Shown one piece after another: positions 54,991 through 63,250 of a stretch of DNA of 64,000 bases (position 1 is the stretch's first letter; the number at the start of each line of letters is the position of its first letter). Source of the stretch: an uncultured Gemmatimonadales bacterium (GTDB taxonomy: Bacteria > Gemmatimonadota > Gemmatimonadetes > Gemmatimonadales > GWC2-71-9); the NCBI GenBank assembly GCA_963771275.1, contig CAVYSW010000003.1:482655-546654 (forward strand), given 5' to 3'. The position numbers and the translations under genes are program-made. Under the pieces are notes generated by a model. It searched no databases, was not told where the DNA came from, and saw only the letters and a program-made list of their open reading frames with translations.

Positions 54991-56006
54991 CCGAGCCCGG
55001 CAGCGCCGCCCCGGCACCCGCCGCGTTCGTGCTCAGGAGTGAGGACCTTCCCGAGCCCGAAGCGGACGCCGTGCTCGATGGGGCGCTCGTCGCCGAGCCG
55101 GCCGTGGCGACCGTCGAGGTGAGCGGCCCAGGCGCGGTTGCCTGCGTGCAGGGGCTGTTGACCAACGACGTGGAGAAGCCCGGCGAGGGCAGCTTGGTCT
55201 ACGGGGCCGTGCTCACTCCCAAGGGGATGATCGTCTGCGACCTGTGGGCAACGCGCGAGCGCGGCGCGGTACGCCTGACGGTGGCGCGTCACGGGTTGGG
55301 AGCCCTCGAGGAGGTCTTCCAGCATTCGCTGCCTCCACGTCTGGCGCGCGCCGTCGACCGGACCGCGGAGGTCGTGACGCTCCACTTGGCAGGGCCGCGC
55401 GCAGTCGAGCTTGCCGTCCGAGCCGGCGTCGCCGCCCCTGCGGAGGGGCGCGCCGCGGCGGCCATCGTCGGCGAGGGCGCGTGCGTGGTGGCCCGGCCGC
55501 ACGCCAGCGCCCCCTTCGCCCTCCAGATCACCGTGCCGGCGTCACATGCCGGTGCCGTCCGGCGCCACCTCGTGGCCGCCGGGCTCACGGCGGCCGGTCC
55601 GCGCGCGCTGGAGCTCGCCCGGATCGTCGCCGGATGGCCGCGGCTTGGCGCGGAAATCGACGGCAGGACGCTGCCGCAGGAGGTGCGGTACGACGCGATC
55701 GGCGGCGTGTCCTACACCAAGGGGTGCTACACGGGCCAGGAGACGGTCGCCCGCCTCCATTTCCGCGGTCATCCGAACCGCGTCCTGCTCGGCCTATCGT
55801 GGGACGGGACTCCGCGCTTCGACCTCACGGATGTGCTGCAGGGCGACCTGAACCGTGGGCGCGTCAGCAGCATCGCGTGGCTGGCACCGATCGAGCGATA
55901 CCTCGGCCTGGCGATGCTCCGGCGCGAGACGGACATCGGGTCCACGGTGGTGGCCGCGGGTGCGCCGGCGACGGTGGTGGACTTGCCGTTCGCGCTGGAG
56001 CCGTAG
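54987..56006 (+). CDS. ygfZ: Folate-binding YgfZ/GcvT-like protein
   Basis: Signature YTKGCYTGQETVARLHFRG near the C-terminal third; GcvT-like fold pattern upstream. ATGA overlap with the glcF stop. Confidence 0.8.
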   Translation: MTEPGSAAPAPAAFVLRSEDLPEPEADAVLDGALVAEPAVATVEVSGPGAVACVQGLLTNDVEKPGEGSLVYGAVLTPKGMIVCDLWATRERGAVRLTVARHGLGALEEVFQHSLPPRLARAVDRTAEVVTLHLAGPRAVELAVRAGVAAPAEGRAAAAIVGEGACVVARPHASAPFALQITVPASHAGAVRRHLVAAGLTAAGPRALELARIVAGWPRLGAEIDGRTLPQEVRYDAIGGVSYTKGCYTGQETVARLHFRGHPNRVLLGLSWDGTPRFDLTDVLQGDLNRGRVSSIAWLAPIERYLGLAMLRRETDIGSTVVAAGAPATVVDLPFALEP

Positions 56007-56011
56007 ACGGT

Positions 56012-56053
56012 CAGCGTGCAGCGTGCAGCGTGTAGCGTGCAGCGGGTGGCGGG
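56012..56053. repeat. Tandem 7-bp repeat, six units (YAGCGKG)
   Basis: CAGCGTG CAGCGTG CAGCGTG TAGCGTG CAGCGGG TGGCGGG, starting 6 nt after the ygfZ TAG. A related array occurs at 61971-61997. Confidence 0.65.
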
Positions 56054-56058
56054 CTGGA

Positions 56059-56256
56059 TCAGGGCGGCGGGATGGTGTCCCGCGGCATGATCGTGTCGAC
56101 CACGCCCGTATCCCGCGGCGGCGGCGAGTCGGTGGCAGGGACCGGCGCAGGCAATCCGGCGGGTGGCGTTTCCGGCCGGCGATCGTGTCTGCATCCCGAC
56201 AGTCCCAGCGCCAGGAGTACCCCCAGAGCCGGCGTCCAACGTCTGCATCTCGGCAT
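56059..56256 (-). CDS. Possible small lipoprotein (65 aa)
   Basis: Last 65 codons of spurious ORF 56059..57060: MPRCRRWTPALGVLLALGLSGC-RHD..., with lipobox LSGC followed by a Pro-rich tail. No SD. Confidence 0.4.
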   Translation of the reverse strand: MPRCRRWTPALGVLLALGLSGCRHDRRPETPPAGLPAPVPATDSPPPRDTGVVDTIMPRDTIPPP

Positions 56257-56310
56257 CGCTCGAAAGGAAGCACCGTCCATGGTCAAACGCCAACGCCGCC
56301 GCGTGCATCC

Positions 56311-57444
56311 ATGAGGCTCCCGCGATCCGAGCGGCTCGTGGCGCTCGACGCGTTCCGCGGGCTCACGATCGCCGGCATGCTGCTGGTGAACAACCCGGGC
56401 TCGTGGAGCGCGATCTACCCGCCGCTGCGGCACGCCGAGTGGCACGGCTGGACCCCCACCGACCTGATCTTCCCGTTCTTCCTGTTCATCGTCGGCATCA
56501 CGACGCACCTCTCGCTGTCCGCGCGGGAGCGGCGGGGGGATCCTCCCGCGGCGATCCTGCGACAGATCCTGCGTCGCGGCGTGCTGATCATGCTGTTCGG
56601 GCTGGCGCTCGCGGCCTTCCCCTTCTTCCCGCTCGATCGCCTGCTCCACCTCCGCATCCCCGGCGTCCTGCAGCGGATCGGCATCTGCTACCTCGCCGCG
56701 GCTCTGCTGGCGCGCGGCCGCTCCGCCAGGAGCATCGTGCTGATCGTGGCGGTCCTGCTGCTCGGCTACTGGTGGCTGATGGCGCTCGTTCCGCCACCCG
56801 GCGCCGCCGCGGCCACCCTGGACGAGCCCAGCGCGACGCTCGCTGCGTATGTCGATCGGCTGCTGCTCGACGGGCACCTGTGGAGCGCCACGAAGACCTG
56901 GGACCCGGAGGGACCGCTCTCGACGTTCCCGGCCATTGGCACCTGCCTGCTCGGCGTGCTGGCGGGGCGCTGGCTCACGCAGAGTGCGCCGCTCGCGGAG
57001 CGGCTCAACGGTCTGTTCGCCGCCGGCGCGCTGGGGATGGCCGCGGGGTTGGCGTGGCATTGGGTGTTCCCGATCAACAAGAACCTGTGGACCAGCTCCT
57101 ACGTGCTCTTCACGGCGGGGATGGCGTGCGTGATCCTCGCCGTTTGCATCTGGCTGATCGACGTGCAGGGCCGGCGCCGCTGGGCGGCACCGCTCGTCAC
57201 GTACGGTCTCAACCCGATGATCGCGTTCGTGGGCTCGGGGATCATGGCTCGGCTGATCACCTCGCTGATCACCCTGCCGTACGCGGGCGGCCGGGCAGCG
57301 GTCCAGCGGGTGATCTACGAGACGGCATTCGCCTCGTGGCTCGCGCCGCGGAACGCATCGCTGGCGTTTGCGGTGACGTTCGTGCTCGTGTGGTACCTGA
57401 TCCTGCTCGCGCTCGAGCAGCGCCGGATCGCCTTCCGGGTGTGA
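56311..57444 (+). CDS. Acyltransferase-family membrane protein, DUF1624/heparan-alpha-glucosaminide N-acetyltransferase-like
   Basis: 377 aa from ATG 56311. RLVALDAFRGLTIAGMLLVNNPGSW, W.GWTPTDLIFPFFLFIVG, LQRIGICYL, WDPEG.LST.PAI, NKNLWTSSYVLFT.G. Confidence 0.8.
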   Translation: MRLPRSERLVALDAFRGLTIAGMLLVNNPGSWSAIYPPLRHAEWHGWTPTDLIFPFFLFIVGITTHLSLSARERRGDPPAAILRQILRRGVLIMLFGLALAAFPFFPLDRLLHLRIPGVLQRIGICYLAAALLARGRSARSIVLIVAVLLLGYWWLMALVPPPGAAAATLDEPSATLAAYVDRLLLDGHLWSATKTWDPEGPLSTFPAIGTCLLGVLAGRWLTQSAPLAERLNGLFAAGALGMAAGLAWHWVFPINKNLWTSSYVLFTAGMACVILAVCIWLIDVQGRRRWAAPLVTYGLNPMIAFVGSGIMARLITSLITLPYAGGRAAVQRVIYETAFASWLAPRNASLAFAVTFVLVWYLILLALEQRRIAFRV

Positions 57445-57456
57445 CGCGCCCCGCCC

Positions 57457-58176
57457 TCAGAACCTCACGGACACCCCGGCCCACGGTAGCACCGCGGTGT
57501 CAGGTGCTCCCAGCTCGAACGCGTGAATCGCCCCGGCCTCGAGCGCGAACGGCCCGAGGAATCCGCGCAACCCGACCGCCCCGACGGGATCCGTGTTCTT
57601 GCCGAGGTAGAGGCCCTCCACCACGATTTCCAGCCCGCGGGACACGAGGACCTCCAGGGCGCCCTGCAACAGCACCTTGCCGGTGAAGGAGGTCTCGAAC
57701 ACGCTGCTGCTCGAACCGACCCCCACGAGTCCCGTGACGGCGATGCGGTCCGTGCCGACCGTGGTGGTGAGATACGGCCAGGCAGCCGCCGTGGTCTCGT
57801 TGTTGTCGAAGATCACCACCCCGAGCGCGCCCACCGCGACATTCAGCGTCGGGCCCCGGACCACTCCGAATCGAGCCGTTCCGTACAGGCTCGGTGCGTC
57901 GCTGATGGTCCAGAGCGTGGTGCCGATCTGGGCGGTGAGACGATCGGTGACGCCGTAGGCGGCGCCGACGGTGAACGTCGGCGCCAGCACCGCCACGTAG
58001 CCTCGCCCCTGCGGCAGGGTCGTCCCCTTGGCGATCAGGAAGCCGCGGTCCAGCGCGACGTCGCGCCCAGCCGGGGGACCGCCTAGCATTATCGAGCCGG
58101 CGGCCTGTCCCCAGAGAGGAGCCCCCCAAGGGGCGAGCAGAACGGTCAGCAATGCGCTGCGCCACCGCGACGTCAC
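57457..58176 (-). CDS. Putative outer-membrane beta-barrel protein
   Basis: 239 aa. Signal peptide (ALLTVLLAPWGAPLWGQA), alternating-hydrophobic strands rich in G/T/V, C-terminal ...WAGVSVRF. GAGG 8 nt upstream of the GTG. Confidence 0.6.
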   Translation of the reverse strand: MTSRWRSALLTVLLAPWGAPLWGQAAGSIMLGGPPAGRDVALDRGFLIAKGTTLPQGRGYVAVLAPTFTVGAAYGVTDRLTAQIGTTLWTISDAPSLYGTARFGVVRGPTLNVAVGALGVVIFDNNETTAAAWPYLTTTVGTDRIAVTGLVGVGSSSSVFETSFTGKVLLQGALEVLVSRGLEIVVEGLYLGKNTDPVGAVGLRGFLGPFALEAGAIHAFELGAPDTAVLPWAGVSVRF

Positions 58177-58286
58177 AGGAGCCTCGTGGTCCGGTCAGAG
58201 GGAGGTAACGAGGAATTGAAGCCGAAAGTTCCAGGTCGAGCCAGGGGGGCAACCTGACCAGCCGCCGTGAGTTTGCCACCGGGCTG

Positions 58287-60455
58287 GTGGGGACCGCGCT
58301 GGGCATCACGGGCCTCCACCGGCTCCCGCGCGGCGCCGGCCGACCCTCAGTCGCGGCGGTGCCTACGATCTTCCACGGACACCCCGACGGCCAGACCACG
58401 CTGGTGCGGTTCCTGGCGACTGGCATCGACGCACCGGCGGGACGCCTCCGCGTGGTCGATCAGACCGGTCGCCTGATCGGCACGGCCGGCATGCTGCGTC
58501 GGGCGGACCTGCTGGTGGGCGAGCTGTGGCTGCCGCTCGCCAAACCGCTCACCGTCCGGAGCCGGCTGGAAACCCCGGCCACACGCGGCGTGATCCAGAC
58601 CACCCATCGCCTGCATCCGACCCCACGGCTGACGCTCTGCTGGCTCACGATCGTCGAGCCACACGCGCTCGAGGCCCACGCGCTCGACGTGCCCGTGCTG
58701 GCCCGGGGGGTCGACGCCGCCGCGCTGTTCGCGGCGGGCGCCCGCGTGAACCCGTGGAGTCCCCCTGCCGGGAGACGGCGCGATCACCTCGATCTGCTCC
58801 GTGCCGCCGTCCCCGCCGCGCACGCGCGAGTCGCGACAGGGGTGGCGGTGAGTCGGATCGCAGTCGTCGACGTCGCCCGGGTAGAGCCGTTCATCGGGCC
58901 GGCACTCGCCGGATCGGGCGTCGCGGTGCTGCTCACGACCTCCCAGGTCATGCCGCCGGACGTCCTCGGCTTCGGCGAGGGGCGGCTGGTCATGGCACGG
59001 CGGATCGAGCAGTGGCTGACGAGCGAGACACCAGGAGACACGCCGTCTGCGCTGGTCGTCGGGGCGGACCTCGAAGCGGCGCAGCGCGCGACCGCCGCCG
59101 TCGAGGACTGGAACGGGACCTACGCCTATCCGCGCATCCTCGTGGGGGACGGCGACGCGGCCCTGGCCGTCGCGCGGCGGCACGTGACCCCGGCGCCACC
59201 ACCCGCCGTGACCGGCCCTCCGGCACCGGCCGTCTATCACCAGCCTGCCGAGGTATTCGGCGCCCTCGCGCAGGCGATCTCGCCGGACGACCCGACGCTC
59301 GCTGGCCTCGCCGCGGCCATCGCCTTCCCGGTCAGCGGCACCCTCGTGTTCAACCCGTCGCCGTTCGGCGTGAGCGGCGCGGTGGCATTGTCGGACGGGA
59401 CGACGCGCATCATCACCGACGTTCCGGGGATTGGGTATGCGTTCGTTCCGGAGGCGGCAGGGGCGGCGGACGTGACAGAATCGTGGACGGGCAGTGAGAT
59501 CGAGACGGCGCGCTACGCGCTCGCGCTGCGGCGCGGTGATGGCGCCATCGTCTCATTGACAGACCGCGCGACGGGACGCCAGCTGGTGCGGCCCGGCGGC
59601 TGCCTCAACGGGCTCGACGCCGCGGTCCTGTCCGAGTCCGTCATCGAGCAGGTGCCGAGCGTCGGGGTGCGCATCCGGGCGCGGCGCGTGACCCCAGTGG
59701 AGGTCGTGGTCTCGACCATTTCGCTGTACGACACGCTGCCCTGGGTGGACATCACGAATGAGACGGAGGAGCGGCAGGAGGGGCGGGAGCGGCGGGACCG
59801 GCTGGCGTGGAGGTTCGACTTCGCCGACGAGGTCGAGGAGGTACGCTGGGACGTGGCGGGCGGGTCCCTCGCGGCCGTGCCGCCAGTCGCCGACATGACT
59901 CCGCTTCGGTGGCTCGCGCTGCGCGGGCGCGCGGGTGCCGTGCTCCTCGCCATCCGGGGCGCCGGTGCGGCCGCTCTCGACGGAGCACGACTCACGCTCC
60001 AGGGTGGCGGTACCGCCGCCGACCTTCCAGGAACCGACCGGGCGGGAATCCTCCGCGTCCGCCTCGCGCACCACGCCGGGTTCCTGCTGGCTGACGACCC
60101 GTGGCGCTTCGGCTACTCCCTCGATTCGCTGATTGCGGTCCCCGCCCCGGGCGCCGGCGCCCACCGGCTGCCGACATTCGGCCGCCTGTTCGACGTGCCC
60201 GACCCCGCGGTCGCCGTGGTCGGGCTGAAGCCCGCGGACGACGGTATTGGCGTGATGCTGTATCTCATGGACCTCGCGGGGCCGGCGCGCGCCGTGGCGG
60301 TCCGTCCCGGCGTGCTGGCGTTCGACGAGGCCACCCTCACCGACCTCACGGAGCGCGACCAGCAGACGGCGGACCGGGAGGGAGGGGGGGTTCTCGTGCC
60401 CCTGGCGGAGCGGGGCTACGCCGCGGTCCGCCTGCTCGGCGTGCGACCGGCTTGA
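58287..60455 (+). CDS. Large hypothetical cytoplasmic protein; weak GH38 (alpha-mannosidase-family)-like layout
   Basis: 722-aa ORF with coding-like composition and no signal peptide. HGHPDGQ near the N-terminus, and C-terminal beta-sandwich-like patterns (TLVFNPSPFG..., IETARYALALRRGDGAIVSLTDRATGRQLV). Start uncertain (GTG 58287 or GTG 58359). Confidence 0.55.
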   Translation: MGTALGITGLHRLPRGAGRPSVAAVPTIFHGHPDGQTTLVRFLATGIDAPAGRLRVVDQTGRLIGTAGMLRRADLLVGELWLPLAKPLTVRSRLETPATRGVIQTTHRLHPTPRLTLCWLTIVEPHALEAHALDVPVLARGVDAAALFAAGARVNPWSPPAGRRRDHLDLLRAAVPAAHARVATGVAVSRIAVVDVARVEPFIGPALAGSGVAVLLTTSQVMPPDVLGFGEGRLVMARRIEQWLTSETPGDTPSALVVGADLEAAQRATAAVEDWNGTYAYPRILVGDGDAALAVARRHVTPAPPPAVTGPPAPAVYHQPAEVFGALAQAISPDDPTLAGLAAAIAFPVSGTLVFNPSPFGVSGAVALSDGTTRIITDVPGIGYAFVPEAAGAADVTESWTGSEIETARYALALRRGDGAIVSLTDRATGRQLVRPGGCLNGLDAAVLSESVIEQVPSVGVRIRARRVTPVEVVVSTISLYDTLPWVDITNETEERQEGRERRDRLAWRFDFADEVEEVRWDVAGGSLAAVPPVADMTPLRWLALRGRAGAVLLAIRGAGAAALDGARLTLQGGGTAADLPGTDRAGILRVRLAHHAGFLLADDPWRFGYSLDSLIAVPAPGAGAHRLPTFGRLFDVPDPAVAVVGLKPADDGIGVMLYLMDLAGPARAVAVRPGVLAFDEATLTDLTERDQQTADREGGGVLVPLAERGYAAVRLLGVRPA

Positions 60456-60481
60456 GCCACCGGGCGGGAACGGGGTATATC
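60452..60481 (+). promoter_or_regulatory. Candidate sigma-70-type promoter of the AAA+ ATPase gene
   Basis: TTGAGC (60452-60457, overlapping the upstream TGA), 18-nt spacer, TATATC (60476-60481). GGGGGA SD before ATG 60507. Confidence 0.4.
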
Positions 60482-60506
60482 TGAGCAACAGACACAGGAT
60501 GGGGGA

Positions 60507-61970
60507 ATGACGACGAAGCCCGGCACGTTGCACGACCTGCGGCAGACCGAGTGGGCCGATCCGGCGAAGCACGGACGCACCGTGAAGGACGAGATGCGGC
60601 AGAACCTGATCTGCCTGCTCGAGGCTGGGCAACCGATCTTCCCCGGGATCGTGGGCTACGAAGACACGGTCGTGCCGCAGGTGGTGAACGCGGTGCTGGC
60701 CCGGCACAACTTCATTCTGCTCGGCCTGCGCGGGCAGGCCAAGAGCCGGATCCTCCGCGCGCTGGTGGGCCTGCTCGACGAAGAGATCCCGATCATCGCC
60801 GGGAGCGAAGTGAACGACAACCCGTTCCGGCCGATCTCGAAGCACGGCCGCCAGGTGCTGGAGGAGCACGGCGACCGCACGCCGATCGCCTGGGTGACGC
60901 GCGAGTATCGCTACGTCGAGAAGCTCGCGACGCCCGACGTCACGATCGCCGACATCATCGGCGATGTCGACCCCATCAAGGCGGCGCGCGGCGGCCACCT
61001 GCTCTCCGACGAGCTCACGATCCACTACGGGCTGCTGCCGCGCTCCAATCGCGGCGTCTTCGCGCTGAACGAGCTGCCCGACCTCGCGGGCAAGATCCAG
61101 GTGGGGCTGTTCAACATCATGCAGGAAGGCGACGTCCAGATCAAAGGCTACCCGATCCGCCTGGCGCTCGACGTGCTGCTCGTGTTTTCGGCGAACCCCG
61201 AGGACTACACGGCGCGCGGGAAGATCATCACGCCGCTGAAGGACCGAATCGGGAGCGAGATCATGACGCACTACCCGCTCACGATCGAGCACGGGATGGC
61301 GATCACCGCCCAGGAAGCCTGGCTCACCCGCGCGGCGCGGCCGGCGGAGGTCCCCGATTTCATCGCCGAGATCGTCGAGCGGATCGCGTTCGAGGCCCGT
61401 CAGGACAAGCGCATCGACCGCCGCTCCGGCGTGAGCCAGCGGCTCCCGATCACGGTGATCGAGAACGTGACGTCGAACGCCGAACGACGGGCGATCGTGA
61501 ATCGGGAGAAGCGGGCGGTACCGCGCATCTCCGACGTCTACGCGGCCCTCCCCTCCATCACCGGGAAGATCGAGCTGGAGTACGAGGGCGAGCTGCAGGG
61601 CGCCGAGATCATCGCGCGGGATCTGGTGCGGCGCGCCTGTCTCGCGACGTTCGAGGCGCGGGCCGGCGGCGCCGACTGCGACGCGATCGTGGCGTGGTTC
61701 GACGAGGGTGGCGCGCTCAAGGTGGGCGAGGCCGAGCGCGCCGACGCATGCGTGAAGGGATTCAGCCGCATTCCGGGGCTGCTGGACGTCGTCAAGAGCA
61801 CCGGTCTCGCGCCCCAGGGCGACCCCGGACGGATCACCGCCGCCTGCGAGCTGGTGCTCGAGGGCCTGGTCGCGCAGAAACGCATTTCGCGGAGCGACGA
61901 GCTGGGGTACGCCAGGGCGCGGTCGGAGCGGCGGCCGGGCGGGAGCGGCGGGCAGAATATGTTTCAGTAA
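60507..61970 (+). CDS. ChlI/BchI-like (Mg-chelatase family) AAA+ ATPase
   Basis: 487 aa. IVGYEDTVVPQVVNAVLARHNFILLGLRGQAKSRILRAL, GVFALNELPDL, LLVFSANPEDY..RGKIITPLKDRIG. Colinear with the BchI/ChlI core but with unusual P-loop and Walker B residues. Confidence 0.75.
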   Translation: MTTKPGTLHDLRQTEWADPAKHGRTVKDEMRQNLICLLEAGQPIFPGIVGYEDTVVPQVVNAVLARHNFILLGLRGQAKSRILRALVGLLDEEIPIIAGSEVNDNPFRPISKHGRQVLEEHGDRTPIAWVTREYRYVEKLATPDVTIADIIGDVDPIKAARGGHLLSDELTIHYGLLPRSNRGVFALNELPDLAGKIQVGLFNIMQEGDVQIKGYPIRLALDVLLVFSANPEDYTARGKIITPLKDRIGSEIMTHYPLTIEHGMAITAQEAWLTRAARPAEVPDFIAEIVERIAFEARQDKRIDRRSGVSQRLPITVIENVTSNAERRAIVNREKRAVPRISDVYAALPSITGKIELEYEGELQGAEIIARDLVRRACLATFEARAGGADCDAIVAWFDEGGALKVGEAERADACVKGFSRIPGLLDVVKSTGLAPQGDPGRITAACELVLEGLVAQKRISRSDELGYARARSERRPGGSGGQNMFQ

Positions 61971-61997
61971 GACGTGCAGCGGGTAGCGTGTAGCGGA
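61971..61997. repeat. Tandem 7-bp repeat, second locus (3-4 units of YAGCGKG)
   Basis: (A)GACGTG CAGCGGG TAGCGTG TAGCGGA immediately after the TAA at 61968-61970, running into the GGAGGTGG SD of the next gene. Confidence 0.55.
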
Positions 61998-62005
61998 GGT
62001 GGTCG

Positions 62006-62641
62006 ATGGCCGTCATCACGATTTCTCGGCAGTACGGATCGGGCGGGTCGGAGGTGGCGAGGTTGGTGGCCGAGCGGCTGGGCTGGTCGCTGATCGACAA
62101 CGACTTCGTCGAGCGAGTGGCGCAGCGCGCGGGCGTCACGGTGGAGGAAGTCCAGCGTCAGGAGGAGCGGGTGCCGAGTCTGGTGGAGCGGCTGGCGCGG
62201 GCACTCGCGGTCTCCGCCCCGGAGATGTTCGCCGCCACGACGGAGCCCGCCGCGCCTCTGCCACCGGAAGACCGCATCGTGAAGATGACCGAGGCCGTCA
62301 TCGCGGAAGTCGCGAGCCACGACCACGCCGTACTCGTAGGACGGGGGGCGCAGGCCTATCTCGCCGAGCGCGAGAACACGCTGCACGTCTACATCGTGGC
62401 ACCCCGGGACGTGCAGATCGACACGGCGATGCGACGGCTCCACGTGGACCGCAAGACCGCGGAGAAGGTCACCGATGACGCCGACCATGGCCGCCGACAC
62501 TACGTGCACACCTACTACGGACGCGAGTGGGACGCCGCCGCGGGCTATGACCTGGTGATCAACACGGGCAAGTTCGGCTACGAACACGCGGCGGATCTGA
62601 TCGTCGCGGCGGCACGGCAGCGAGATCTCGTGCCGCGCTAG
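62006..62641 (+). CDS. Cytidylate-kinase-like family protein (P-loop NTPase)
   Basis: MAVITISRQYGSGGSEVARLVAERLGWSLIDND... is the characteristic N-terminus of the cytidylate_kin2 family. 211 aa. Confidence 0.8.
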   Translation: MAVITISRQYGSGGSEVARLVAERLGWSLIDNDFVERVAQRAGVTVEEVQRQEERVPSLVERLARALAVSAPEMFAATTEPAAPLPPEDRIVKMTEAVIAEVASHDHAVLVGRGAQAYLAERENTLHVYIVAPRDVQIDTAMRRLHVDRKTAEKVTDDADHGRRHYVHTYYGREWDAAAGYDLVINTGKFGYEHAADLIVAAARQRDLVPR

Positions 62642-62762
62642 GGACGGCCGTTCCTTGGCCGCTCCTTCATACTCGATTCACCCGGTCCTCGGACCTCCCA
62701 GCCTAGCTTCCCCGCCTGGCTTCTCCGTCCGACCATCGTTGCACCGCACGCCAGGAGGTTCC

Positions 62763-63239
62763 ATGAAGGCCCCCCGCTCGCTGCTGGCCCTGTTCGGCCT
62801 GCTGCTCATCGTCGCCTGCCGCCCCGCGAAGCAAGCCGGTACGGTCTACGGCGAGCGCCCCTCGCTTACGGATACGACCGCGGTCTCGGCGATTCTCTCC
62901 GAGCCCGAAGCCTGGGTGGGTCGCCGAGTGCTCGTTGCCGGTACGGTGGTGGATGTGTGCGAGAAGCGTGGCTGCTGGCTGGCGCTGTCGAGCGACCGCG
63001 AGCACGAGACGCTGCGGGTCAAGGTGGAGGACGGGGTCATCGTCTTCCCGATGACCGCGCGGGGGCGTCAGGCGGTGGTCGAAGGGGTCGTCGAGAAGGT
63101 CGCGCTCACCGAAGCCGAGGCCCGGGAGCAGGCGCGGATGCACGCCGAGGAGCAGGGGATCCCGTTCGATTCGACCGCGGTGTTCGGTCCGACGACGTCC
63201 TACCAGCTCAAGGGCATCGGCGCGATCATCGCCGAGTGA
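62763..63239 (+). CDS. DUF4920-domain lipoprotein
   Basis: ATG 62763 preceded by AGGAGG. MKAPRSLLALFGLLLIVAC lipobox. VAGTVVDVCEKRGCWLAL, VKVEDGVIVFP core typical of DUF4920. Confidence 0.75.
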   Translation: MKAPRSLLALFGLLLIVACRPAKQAGTVYGERPSLTDTTAVSAILSEPEAWVGRRVLVAGTVVDVCEKRGCWLALSSDREHETLRVKVEDGVIVFPMTARGRQAVVEGVVEKVALTEAEAREQARMHAEEQGIPFDSTAVFGPTTSYQLKGIGAIIAE

Positions 63240-63250
63240 GTGGCGGCGGC

